Assembly (NCBI GenBank): GCA_024654535.1
Contig: JANLHL010000042.1
Coordinates: 13,312 to 77,311 of the forward strand
Reading direction: 5' to 3'
DNA: 64,000 nt
From: Candidatus Roizmanbacteria bacterium
GTDB taxonomy: Bacteria; Patescibacteriota; Microgenomatia; UBA1406
Part shown: piece by piece, positions 1 through 8,180 of the stretch
Position numbering within the stretch: the stretch's first letter is position 1
Layout of the letters: each line of letters begins with the position of its first letter
Notes under the pieces: model-generated
Told to the model about the DNA's origin: nothing
The model's input: only the letters and a program-made list of their open reading frames with translations
Databases searched by the model: none
Made by a program: the position numbers and the translations under genes

Positions 1-236
1 GTGTAATTTGCTGCTTTGACTGAACCTGTAACAAACTGATCGGTATTGTTTCTGAATTGTACAAGTAGACGGGTTTCTTCGTTGGGTTTAACTTCTTTTT
101 CAATGACTGCTGGATATGCTGTTATTGAAAAATCTTTAGCTTGTGCGAATACTGTAGAACGAATTGCAAAGACTACGAACATTACTACACCTGCGCACGC
201 TAGTGCAATAGTTGTTTGAGTTATTTTATTTTTCAT
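1..236 (-). CDS. Partial CDS (N-terminal part, continues beyond window start): signal-peptide surface protein, DUF916-like, paralog of 8103..9113
   Basis: Own translation from ATG at 236: MKNKITQTTIALACAGVVMFVVFAIRSTVFAQAKDFSITAYPAVIEKEVKPNEETRLLVQFRNNTDQFVTGSVKAANY..., open to the window edge. It starts 7 nt after the stop of 244..1653. The pattern after the signal peptide parallels ISLSVNPPQVQIITKPDKSLTQGFTFVNDGDEG of the 8103..9113 product. Confidence 0.5.
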   Translation of the reverse strand, partial: MKNKITQTTIALACAGVVMFVVFAIRSTVFAQAKDFSITAYPAVIEKEVKPNEETRLLVQFRNNTDQFVTGSVKAANY

Positions 237-243
237 AGGTATA

Positions 244-1653
244 TTAGAATTTCGGTGTTGCAACATAGGTAAGTTTATTAAAGTACGTTCCGGTTTGTTG
301 CGATGTGCTCACCGATAACCGTGGGCATGAATAGATTTGAGACCCGCTTGTTGAGCTAGACTTAGTCATTATAGTAACTGCACTCGAGGAAAATGGTTTG
401 TAGCCGCTTGCATTGGTAAATGCCGCCTCGGTTCCAGTAATGTTTGCAAGCGTATAACCGAAACCGTTATTCGTTGCGGTAGCCCATGCTGCTGGTGTCC
501 CGGTGGTACAGCTTGTATCACACGATGTATCTGGTATTGTAGTAACGCCAGCTCCATTTAAGCTCAATGCTTGGTCATATTGAGCAGTTAATACATATCC
601 ATTCGCAGAGTTCGTAGTAATCGCGTGTGTTTGTGCAGCGTCATAAAACGTATTCGTATTTATTATTGAGCCAAATGGTACGCTCGACGCTGTTGATGTT
701 ACCGATGTTGTTGTGCCACAAGCCGAGGTGCTCACATTTACTCCAGCTATCGTATATGAAATCGTTTCTTCTACAGTAGCGCTTACAAAAACCCCATCGA
801 CTGGAGCCACCTTTGTGATCGTTTTATCCTGAGGATTATTGCTTGAATCTTCGGTTTGTAGAATGATTGAATAACTATCGGCAATTCCGCGAGTATGTGT
901 TGTTCCTGATGGAGCAGGGTTGATAAAGCGCAGTGTCGTATCAGATACGTCTCCAACAACAAATGAATATGAGCTACCCGCATTGAGTGCTGATGACAGT
1001 GTCATGAGTATGACATTATATCCAGCACCATAAGTGAGAGTTGCTGCAGACTTTGTGAAACCGGTTGGTGTCACGTAGGTATTTATGTTCCCTGTTGTTA
1101 GTTTATTGACGTCGAAACCAGAGTTATCTGGTATGCCGTCATTATAGTTGCTTGTTGCTGAAGCTACGGATAATCGTATATATCCACCAGATGCTATCGC
1201 CGTTCTCGGCGTGAATGTTACGGTGAGTCGCGCAGACTGCGTTGAAACAACCGCTGTTCCTGCAGTAAGCGCATTGGCTATGGCAGAAGTAACAGCAATT
1301 TGCGTAGATGTGGGGGTAGAAGCAACAGTATAGGTTGCTTGGCTGCTACACCCATTTGAAGCAGGATTGTTAAAACAAAGAACATCGTTTGGCCATATAT
1401 TGTACGTATTATTATCCGGGTTGCCCGAGTTAGCTATTATTACATTTGTTGCATTAGCTCCAGTTGTTGTGCCAACTTTTGCATAATATGATAGGCGAGA
1501 ATTGGTCAATGTTGTATAGGCTTGTGTGAAGTTCAATACCTGAGCATGAGCAGGGGTGGCCGAAAACGCAAAAATAGCGAAAAAACCAAAGAAAAACAAT
1601 GATCCTTTAATGAGTAAAGGCATTTGTACGGTGTTATTTAATTTCGTTTTCAC
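244..1653 (-). CDS. Secreted Thr/Ser-rich surface protein with WxL-like C-terminal domain (paralog of 7175..8014)
   Basis: 469-aa ORF. Signal peptide MPLLIKGSLFFFGFFAIFAFSATPAHA; ATG at 1623 is more likely than GTG at 1653. The C-terminal ~150 aa align with the 7175..8014 product (IPDTSC, GFGY, Y[KR]PF, tG.Y..L.[FY][IV]A.PK[FY] at the extreme C-terminus). Confidence 0.7.
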   Translation of the reverse strand: MKTKLNNTVQMPLLIKGSLFFFGFFAIFAFSATPAHAQVLNFTQAYTTLTNSRLSYYAKVGTTTGANATNVIIANSGNPDNNTYNIWPNDVLCFNNPASNGCSSQATYTVASTPTSTQIAVTSAIANALTAGTAVVSTQSARLTVTFTPRTAIASGGYIRLSVASATSNYNDGIPDNSGFDVNKLTTGNINTYVTPTGFTKSAATLTYGAGYNVILMTLSSALNAGSSYSFVVGDVSDTTLRFINPAPSGTTHTRGIADSYSIILQTEDSSNNPQDKTITKVAPVDGVFVSATVEETISYTIAGVNVSTSACGTTTSVTSTASSVPFGSIINTNTFYDAAQTHAITTNSANGYVLTAQYDQALSLNGAGVTTIPDTSCDTSCTTGTPAAWATATNNGFGYTLANITGTEAAFTNASGYKPFSSSAVTIMTKSSSTSGSQIYSCPRLSVSTSQQTGTYFNKLTYVATPKF

Positions 1654-1830
1654 TTCTTATTTGTGCGTTAAGCATTAATTTGTCGATATACTTTAACTTC
1701 ACTACCCACGAGATAGGTACAGTATTATATTCTCTTCGATTAATGTCAAGTGAATATTGTGTTATGTAGTTGATTCTTAATAAGAATGCGTTTTGGAAAG
1801 TGATGCAAATTTCACTTGCGTGCTTAGTAG

Positions 1831-2856
1831 TTAAAGTAGCCCTATGGCAGGATCTATTTCCAAACTTGTGAATCTGTCGCTTAAAACGGCCTTTATAACA
1901 TCTTGATCAAGTGCGCCCATAACATCTGTAAGTATTGTATATAGCTCTGGTGACGTTTCTCGTACACGTTCAATATCATTCATTGAAATACCTGCTTTCA
2001 TAAGTCTTCTTGCAAAATTCTCTACTTCGTAATGACCCATACGTCTTGTGGGCAAATTCAATGCCCTAAGGCATTGAAGCGCTACTTCAGGTGAATGAAC
2101 GATTAGCTTTGGTAAGAATCGTATTAATGTACTCAACCTCTGCCTAGGAATGAGAAGATTCTCTCTATTCAAACTGGTTAGCTCTTCGAAATAGTTGACG
2201 TCGTAGTATGTAGTAGGTGCAGTTGGGGGTTTCAGTATTTGAGGTGGATAATATTCTGCAATACCTTGCGGAGTATGTCTCTGAACAGTTCTACCAAATG
2301 GTTCAAGATAACCCACTCGTATATCAATTTCTAATCCAGTTAAGTTGGGCATTGTGAAACTGTCTTCAATTTCCATTCTCATTATGCTGGCAATGACTGC
2401 TCCCACACCAGGGCCGTATTGCAGAGAAGCCTCGCCAATAAGCTTGACTTGCAGGGCAGCACCGATGAACGTATCATCAGCTAAATCGTTATAATAGGAG
2501 AGATTCTGTGCTGCGGCTCTTTGTTTGGCGGTAAACGCGCGTTTCATATACCTCTCTAATTCTGGTGCAAAGCACATACTTTGAGGATTAGAAATTTGTG
2601 CATTCTGTGCATGCATCATCATCATGAGTAATAATGGGTTTTCACCTGTATCTTGGCGATTAAACATATAGTGAGCTGCAACTGCTGCAAAATTTCTAAC
2701 AAAGCCAGTATCATTCTCGTCTTTGAAAATGTGGGTAAGCATATATAGGGGCAGATCTTTTCCGGTAAGCCGTGCTGAATTATGTAGAAAGTCGGGAAGG
2801 CTCAAGCCTCCCGAAATATATTGCTCACGCAAAGCGGCTTCATGTTCTAATGCCAT
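1831..2856 (-). CDS. Hypothetical cytoplasmic protein (341 aa), no recognisable domain
   Basis: Long uninterrupted ORF with no signal peptide. Composition is less Lys/Asn-rich than its neighbours. Divergent from the PaaX-like regulator gene. Confidence 0.6.
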   Translation of the reverse strand: MALEHEAALREQYISGGLSLPDFLHNSARLTGKDLPLYMLTHIFKDENDTGFVRNFAAVAAHYMFNRQDTGENPLLLMMMMHAQNAQISNPQSMCFAPELERYMKRAFTAKQRAAAQNLSYYNDLADDTFIGAALQVKLIGEASLQYGPGVGAVIASIMRMEIEDSFTMPNLTGLEIDIRVGYLEPFGRTVQRHTPQGIAEYYPPQILKPPTAPTTYYDVNYFEELTSLNRENLLIPRQRLSTLIRFLPKLIVHSPEVALQCLRALNLPTRRMGHYEVENFARRLMKAGISMNDIERVRETSPELYTILTDVMGALDQDVIKAVLSDRFTSLEIDPAIGLL

Positions 2857-2995
2857 ATATATGCAGTGTAAAGCTTATAAAAGCTGCAAACTTATATATT
2901 ATAGGATACCACAGAGGAGTGGTGAATTCAAAACATAATACATACTATTCAATTTGTTCAAACTGAGCGTAAATCATCAATGTTCGATAAACGTA

Positions 2996-3024
2996 TTGAC
3001 AAAAATGTTAACGAGTGTTACTTT
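2996..3024 (+). promoter_or_regulatory. Sigma70-type promoter of the PaaX-like gene (TTGACA-17 nt-TACTTT, then 6 nt to ATG 3031)
   Basis: TTGACA at 2996-3001, 17-nt spacer, TGt+TACTTT at 3016-3024, ATG at 3031. The geometry implies a leaderless mRNA. Confidence 0.45.
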
Positions 3025-3030
3025 TATGTC

Positions 3031-3783
3031 ATGGCAACAAAAACACCGAACATCAAAGAAAGGCGTATACGCATACTCTTAACACTATTTTTACTTGATA
3101 AAACACGTCCGCACAATATATTTGATGATACGATAAAAAAAGTATTTTCACTACCATCGGACTCGCCAAGGACTCGAGGAACGCTCCGTCAGATGCTTGC
3201 AGATGAAGTAATAAAAAAAGAAGAAAAACTTTATAGAATAACGAACGTGGGTCTTTCAGAGCTTGCTTTATCCTTCCCGTTCGTTCGTTTCATGGAGATG
3301 CAGTGGGACGGCTTGTATAGAATTTTGTCGTATGAAGTGCCAGAACATAAAAGGAAATTGCGTGATAGTTTGCGCAGGGAAATAAGTGGATGGGGGTTTG
3401 GTCCGTGGCATAGATCATTTTGGGTGACACCGCATCCTATTGTAGCTGATTTGAAAGCACTTATAACGAACACGCCCTATGAGCCCTTTGTACAGATGTT
3501 TGAGGGTAAAACAGTTGTTGGCGATGAAAAAATACTGCTTGAGAAGGTATGGAACACTCCTAAAATAGAGGAGGGCTATAAGATATTGTTTCGGCAATGG
3601 CATGAAGTTTTGTCGAAAGAAGATTTAAACGGTAGTGAAAAACTGAGTAAGATTTTTTCTCTGTATACCGATATGCTCAAAATAGATCCGGGATTACCTT
3701 CTGCACTTGTCGGAGAAAAGTGGATTGGCCGAGAAGCATACGATATTTTTGTCGAAATGCGTGGGATTTTGCTCACAAAGTAA
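3031..3783 (+). CDS. PaaX-like transcriptional regulator
   Basis: Winged-helix-like N-terminus plus C-terminal motif LRREISGWGFGPWHRSFWVTPHP, typical of the PaaX_C family. The start is moved from 2980 to 3031 (MATKTPN) because the promoter sits inside the longer ORF. Confidence 0.55.
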   Translation: MATKTPNIKERRIRILLTLFLLDKTRPHNIFDDTIKKVFSLPSDSPRTRGTLRQMLADEVIKKEEKLYRITNVGLSELALSFPFVRFMEMQWDGLYRILSYEVPEHKRKLRDSLRREISGWGFGPWHRSFWVTPHPIVADLKALITNTPYEPFVQMFEGKTVVGDEKILLEKVWNTPKIEEGYKILFRQWHEVLSKEDLNGSEKLSKIFSLYTDMLKIDPGLPSALVGEKWIGREAYDIFVEMRGILLTK

Positions 3784-4624
3784 TTACCACGTCTCCCTCC
3801 GTATCTGTTCTTCGTTTTGGAATGTGTAAGGCTTCCAATAGGTCTATGGTTTCTTTGTGTGGATGTCCATAGATATTGCCTTTACCTGAACTTATCACAG
3901 CAACTGCAGGTTGGCTCATGCGTACGAGTTTTTTCGATATGCCGTATCGAGAGCCATGATGATTCACTTTCCAAATAGTGTTTTTAAGTACGTATCCTTG
4001 CAATGCTTTTTCTGCAACAGCACTATCCATATCGGATAGTAAAAGAACTGTCTTTGTGCCGTGATCACCGTACATTGTTGTATATATGCCGAGCGCAGTA
4101 TTGTTTGAGTCGGAAAGGTTAAGATTTGTATTTGTATACATATTTTTCTCTGGCCAAACAACAGTAAAAAGGGAAGATCCAAAATGAGCACGATCTCCTT
4201 TAAATAATGGCTGTAAAAGTATATGTTTTTTCACTAGTGAAGCTCGTATATCGTGCCAAAATTGCGGATATGCTGTCGTCGATAATGGTAAAAGCCCTGC
4301 ACTTGATGTATAGATAGACTTAATGGTATACGATTGAATGAGGTTAAGTAGTCCCGACGCATGGTCTGATTGAGCGTGGGTAATGAAAATGGCTTCAATG
4401 GTTCGATCAAAAAGCGGCATGTTCCTGTTCAGACAATTTGTAACATATGAACCTTTTCCCGTGTCTACTAAGACATCAGATCCATTCGGAAGTCGAAAAT
4501 ATATTGCATCACCTTGCCCAACATCGCAGAATACGACCCTTGGTGTATATCGTGATAGTGTAGAAACAAAGAGAAATAGTGATAGCAATCCCGAACCGAT
4601 AAGTATGTAAAGCGTGTGCTTCAT
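3773..4624 (-). CDS. comEC: ComEC/Rec2 C-terminal metallo-beta-lactamase domain protein (split ComEC, part 2)
   Basis: Motifs VFCDVGQGDAIYF, ITHAQSDHASGL and NHHGS. An N-terminal TM helix is present. ATG at 4624 overlaps the upstream stop as ATGA; the track start at 4639 is also possible. Confidence 0.85.
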   Translation of the reverse strand: MKHTLYILIGSGLLSLFLFVSTLSRYTPRVVFCDVGQGDAIYFRLPNGSDVLVDTGKGSYVTNCLNRNMPLFDRTIEAIFITHAQSDHASGLLNLIQSYTIKSIYTSSAGLLPLSTTAYPQFWHDIRASLVKKHILLQPLFKGDRAHFGSSLFTVVWPEKNMYTNTNLNLSDSNNTALGIYTTMYGDHGTKTVLLLSDMDSAVAEKALQGYVLKNTIWKVNHHGSRYGISKKLVRMSQPAVAVISSGKGNIYGHPHKETIDLLEALHIPKRRTDTEGDVVITL

Positions 4625-5529
4625 ATATGAATCACACATAAACTGGCTACAACAGATCCTACTCGAACGATTATGAGGAGTGCATTAATGAGCCCAAAGA
4701 GAATATATGCACCCACCATCGCCAATGGAGCATATACGTGGTAGAGTACACTTTCTATTACCCCAAAGACCATTATTGGCTCGATGAGCCATCCGACCGC
4801 TATGTTCATAGGAATGCTAAATAAGGATAACTCTCTAAAATAAGCTAAAAGCAGGGGAGTTGTAAAAATTTGAGCGCTGAGAGTGAGAGCTCCCGCATCT
4901 ATACAATAGACGACGATATCTTTACGGAGCGTAATAATGTGAAGTAGCCATGAACGGATGGGTAGGTAGAAAAGTAAGATACCCAACGTGGCCCCTGCTG
5001 ACAGTAAAAATGAGACAGAAGTTATCCATTGCGGGTATACGATAAGTAAGCCAGTTACTGTGATGATAAATGCCCACAGGCCCGAAATGGGGGCGTTAAA
5101 AATGAGCGCTAGAGAGGCGATACTTGCCATACATACAGCACGCAAAATAGGAGGATCTCTAAATAGGGCGAGGTAGAAAGCTGCAATGATAATGGTGAGA
5201 ATTGCTTTTATTTTGTAGCCTATTTTTTTTTCGAGTCCAGCAAAAAAACCAAGTAATAGTGTGATATTTTGTCCAGATAAAACCAAGAGGTGTACTAAGC
5301 CCGTCACTTTGAACACATCATACATATCCTGTGTCAGCGCAGTCTTTTGTCCCCATACCATTGCTGCGGCAACAGAAGCTATATCATGGGGGAGTAGTAG
5401 AAAATACGGACGGATGAGTGCGTCAATCATTTCTGCGAAATGATAATAACCAATGACCAATATCAAATTTCCAACTTGACTCTCCGGTAGGCGGGAGAAC
5501 GTCAAAACCCCAATTTTCAAAAAATACAT
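4621..5529 (-). CDS. comEC: ComEC/Rec2 competence (transmembrane channel) domain protein (split ComEC, part 1)
   Basis: Polytopic membrane protein with the competence-domain signature GLVHLLVLSGQNITLLLGF. Lies directly upstream of the MBL-domain ORF. Confidence 0.8.
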   Translation of the reverse strand: MYFLKIGVLTFSRLPESQVGNLILVIGYYHFAEMIDALIRPYFLLLPHDIASVAAAMVWGQKTALTQDMYDVFKVTGLVHLLVLSGQNITLLLGFFAGLEKKIGYKIKAILTIIIAAFYLALFRDPPILRAVCMASIASLALIFNAPISGLWAFIITVTGLLIVYPQWITSVSFLLSAGATLGILLFYLPIRSWLLHIITLRKDIVVYCIDAGALTLSAQIFTTPLLLAYFRELSLFSIPMNIAVGWLIEPIMVFGVIESVLYHVYAPLAMVGAYILFGLINALLIIVRVGSVVASLCVIHI

Positions 5530-5559
5530 TTGGATTGATTGGAAACTGTTTTAATTTGA

Positions 5560-5615
5560 TATTTGCCATTTGAACTTTATTGGATATTTGAAATTGGGTA
5601 TTGGATATTGCTACT
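5560..5615. repeat. Copy of mosaic intergenic repeat family (TTGGATATT / GGGTATTGGATATTG modules)
   Basis: ttattggatatttgaaattgggtattggatattgc lies between the comEA stop and the comEC start. It shares modules with 6263-6424, 8019-8180, 9609-9632 and 15555-15699. Confidence 0.5.
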
Positions 5616-5620
5616 AACAG

Positions 5621-6184
5621 CTATAATTCTATTAAGGCTTTAATATTTTCGAATGTCTTTTGTCCCAGTACTTTTTTACCGACTAATTCATCAATACTTT
5701 CGTACGGCCTATTTTTAACAATTTTGCTTGCTGTGACAGGCCCAACCCCTGGTAGGAGTTCAAGTTGAGAAGTGGTGGCGGTATTAATACGTACGGACGA
5801 TAGTGTTGCTTCTACACTTTCTGTGCGCTCTATTAGGAAAGATATATAAATTTTTTCTTCATCTATGACGTTCTTGGATAAGTTCATATTTTTAGCAACG
5901 TAATATCGATCTGCCTGTTCGATCAAACCTCCTGCATTTGTAAGCGCGTGTACTAATCGTGCATTTTCTTGAAGTTCATATACCCCGGGTTTTTGTACGG
6001 CACCTTCGATATCCACAACAACAACAGATTTTTGAACATTCTCTATATGAGGGGGTTCTATTTCTGGCTGTGACGACATACCTTGTCTTAATATAATGAG
6101 TGTTACTATAATGCACAGGATTGAAATAACTAATCCTATAAGAGGGATGTTCGGCCTTTTTAAAAATTTGTGTATTTTTTCCAT
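5621..6184 (-). CDS. comEA: ComEA DNA receptor (SLBB + helix-hairpin-helix)
   Basis: N-terminal TM anchor. SLBB-like GAVQKPGVYEL. C-terminal HhH motif TTSQLELLPGVGPVTASKIVKNRPYESIDEL. Leaderless-type promoter TG-TATGAA-N6-ATG. Confidence 0.85.
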   Translation of the reverse strand: MEKIHKFLKRPNIPLIGLVISILCIIVTLIILRQGMSSQPEIEPPHIENVQKSVVVVDIEGAVQKPGVYELQENARLVHALTNAGGLIEQADRYYVAKNMNLSKNVIDEEKIYISFLIERTESVEATLSSVRINTATTSQLELLPGVGPVTASKIVKNRPYESIDELVGKKVLGQKTFENIKALIEL

Positions 6185-6262
6185 AGTACTTTCATACAGT
6201 GTCTGTAAGCGAGTTGCAATGGATTACATACGACAAAATAGGAGAAGTAGAAGGTAATAACA

Positions 6263-6424
6263 ATAATATCCAATGTCAAATACCCAATACCCAAGTAATG
6301 TCAAATGACAAAGTCCAAATTACAAATGAAATCACAAATCCAAATGTCAAAATAAGACAAGGTTCGATTTTTGACGTTGGAACTTTGTCATTTATTTGAC
6401 ATTGGATATTGGGATTTTGACATT
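6263..6424. repeat. Mosaic palindromic intergenic repeat (MITE-like, no coding capacity)
   Basis: Left arm atatccaatgtcaaata...aatgacaaagtccaa (6267-6318) is the reverse complement of right arm ttggaactttgtcatt+tatttgacattggatat (6377-6409). Built from the ATATCCAAT, TGTCAAATGACAAA and CCAAAT modules seen elsewhere. Confidence 0.6.
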
Positions 6425-6447
6425 CTTTCTCTGTTCTATGTTATTCT
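6417..6447 (+). promoter_or_regulatory. Candidate promoter for 6454 gene; the -35 is supplied by the repeat element
   Basis: TTGACA at 6417-6422 (inside the repeat), a suboptimal 19-nt spacer, TGt+TATTCT at 6439-6447, then 6 nt to ATG 6454. Confidence 0.35.
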
Positions 6448-6453
6448 TTTTAT

Positions 6454-7143
6454 ATGCAAAATAAGCTTTCTTACCCTTTAGAATTGTTTGGCGTTGTTAT
6501 AACCACATTTGCAGCGCTTTTTTTTGTCTATTCACCTTTTGCAAACTATGATTTACAGGTTGTAGCGGTATTATTTATCGCTTATTTTTTTCTACGAAAA
6601 CAGTTTTCTATGAGTCCTTTTTTATATCTTATTGAAGCGCTCATATTTATATTTATCGTTCTTATGACGGTTTTTGAAACGGGAGGAATGTCTTCGCCTT
6701 TTTTCTTTTTACTGTATTTTTTGTTGTTTGCTGTTTCTCTACTCCTAACAGGTTCGATAAGTCTGATACTGACATTACTACTGGTTGTATTATTTTTATT
6801 TTCCTCTCCCTCGGGAAGTGTCATGACATTTATGCCTGTCTTTTCATTACCCTTTATTGCGCCGTTTGCGCAATATTTGGGTTTTCTAAAAACGAAATAT
6901 ACTCGTCAGCGTGAATTATTAGGACAAATTGAGAAGAAGAAAGCGAGGATAGAAAAGTCTAAAACTTATGAAAAAGAACAGACGCTTATTTTCTTAACAA
7001 CAGCGTTGTATAGACAAATAGAAGATATGAACGAACGCATCACTAACTTTATGGGAGACGCAGACTTAGACTACTTACGTACAAAAATAAAACAAGTACA
7101 GAAGTTAATACATGAATTTAGAGAGTATATCGAAAAGATATAA
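6454..7143 (+). CDS. Polytopic membrane protein with C-terminal coiled-coil/dimerisation-like helix, function unknown
   Basis: 229-aa ORF. About 5 hydrophobic helices followed by a charged helical tail (KKKARIEKSKTYEKEQTLIFLTTALYRQIEDMNERI...). Confidence 0.6.
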   Translation: MQNKLSYPLELFGVVITTFAALFFVYSPFANYDLQVVAVLFIAYFFLRKQFSMSPFLYLIEALIFIFIVLMTVFETGGMSSPFFFLLYFLLFAVSLLLTGSISLILTLLLVVLFLFSSPSGSVMTFMPVFSLPFIAPFAQYLGFLKTKYTRQRELLGQIEKKKARIEKSKTYEKEQTLIFLTTALYRQIEDMNERITNFMGDADLDYLRTKIKQVQKLIHEFREYIEKI

Positions 7144-7174
7144 AGGCAATATCCAAGTTCAAATATTGTAGAAA

Positions 7175-8014
7175 ATGAAAACACTTTTTTCGCAGATGAT
7201 GCAATTTGTTTGCGATCGAACCACTCCGATTGCCATCGGAGTAAAGAGCAGCGATCACTGCACAAATCGCATACATCTGCTCAAATATTCAACCATAGTA
7301 ATATTAGTCGGAATTCTTTTGTTCCTCATTTTTACCTCAGCTTCTACTGTAAGAGCGATTGACATGAGCTCGTCGAGTTACCGTATTATTTTTGGCACAC
7401 TCAATAGTGGTGGGAGTAGAACCACTTCATCGGGGTATAAATTGGATATAAGCTTAGGTCAAGTTGCTGCAGCACAATTTAATTCATCGGGCTACGTGAT
7501 TAAGGCAGGTTTCCAATATGTACGTACGCTGACGCCGTTTTCTTTTACGCTCTCTGATACGTCACTTGATTTAGGTACACTATTGCCGAATACATTTTCA
7601 ACGCAACAGCTTAATGCAACTGTCAATCATAGAGGAGTTGGGTATCAGGTGGCAACTATAGCAGATACTCGACTAAAACAACTTTTTGGATCAGCAGAAA
7701 TTCCAGACACAAGTTGTAATGGTGGACCATCGACTTGTACAGAAACTACTGCTGCACTGTGGAATTCTACAGGAACCTATGGGTTTGGATATAATGCTAG
7801 TGGCGATGATATCAGTGGTGACTTTATAACGAGTAGTTATTTTAGACCATTCCCTACAAGGACTGATGCTGAGTCGGCAGCAACGTTTATGAGCTCAAAT
7901 GCAACGGCGGTAGCCCGGACTGCAACGGTGACGGTCAAAGCAAATATACAGGGAACACAAACTGCGGGTAATTATCAGACAATCTTGAGTTTTATAGCAA
8001 TACCAAAGTATTAA
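7175..8014 (+). CDS. Secreted surface protein with WxL-like C-terminal domain (paralog of 244..1653)
   Basis: Signal anchor YSTIVILVGILLFLIFTSASTVRA. Three short SS[SG]Y-x-[ILV] motifs. The C-terminus aligns with 244..1653 (IPDTSC, GFGY, YFRPF, AGNYQTILSFIAIPKY). Confidence 0.7.
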   Translation: MKTLFSQMMQFVCDRTTPIAIGVKSSDHCTNRIHLLKYSTIVILVGILLFLIFTSASTVRAIDMSSSSYRIIFGTLNSGGSRTTSSGYKLDISLGQVAAAQFNSSGYVIKAGFQYVRTLTPFSFTLSDTSLDLGTLLPNTFSTQQLNATVNHRGVGYQVATIADTRLKQLFGSAEIPDTSCNGGPSTCTETTAALWNSTGTYGFGYNASGDDISGDFITSSYFRPFPTRTDAESAATFMSSNATAVARTATVTVKANIQGTQTAGNYQTILSFIAIPKY

Positions 8015-8018
8015 ATAT

Positions 8019-8180
8019 ACAATGCCAAATATCCAATATCCAACCCGCCTGCCCGCTTCGACGCGAGGCGAGCCGGCGAGGCAGGTAAATGCCAAAGCTC
8101 CAATGTCAAAGGTAGGCAATAAGAATTTGTCATTGATATTTTGTCATTCATTTGTCATTTGGATTTTGTCATTTGTCGTT
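8019..8180. repeat. Mosaic intergenic repeat copy with embedded GC-rich hairpin (8045-8086)
   Basis: caatgccaaatatccaatatccaa, then the GC hairpin (cctgcc...ggcagg), then aatgccaaagctccaatgtcaaa, then tttgtcatt repeated four times. Overlaps the 5' end of the next CDS. Confidence 0.55.

Noticed and set aside
4615-4645. Calling comEC a pseudogene because it is split into two frames.
   Set aside because: Both halves keep intact catalytic and channel motifs, and the junction is a classic ATGA overlap. Without reads or relatives, a sequencing indel, a natural split and a pseudogene cannot be told apart. Reported as an open question instead.
6199-6399. 66-aa ORF on the + strand. The same issue applies to 15468..15686 and 15671..15892.
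   Set aside because: These are translations of the mosaic intergenic repeats (low-complexity peptides such as MSNDKVQITNEITNPNVK). The last one also overlaps tRNA-Arg on the opposite strand. No promoter or start signature is present.
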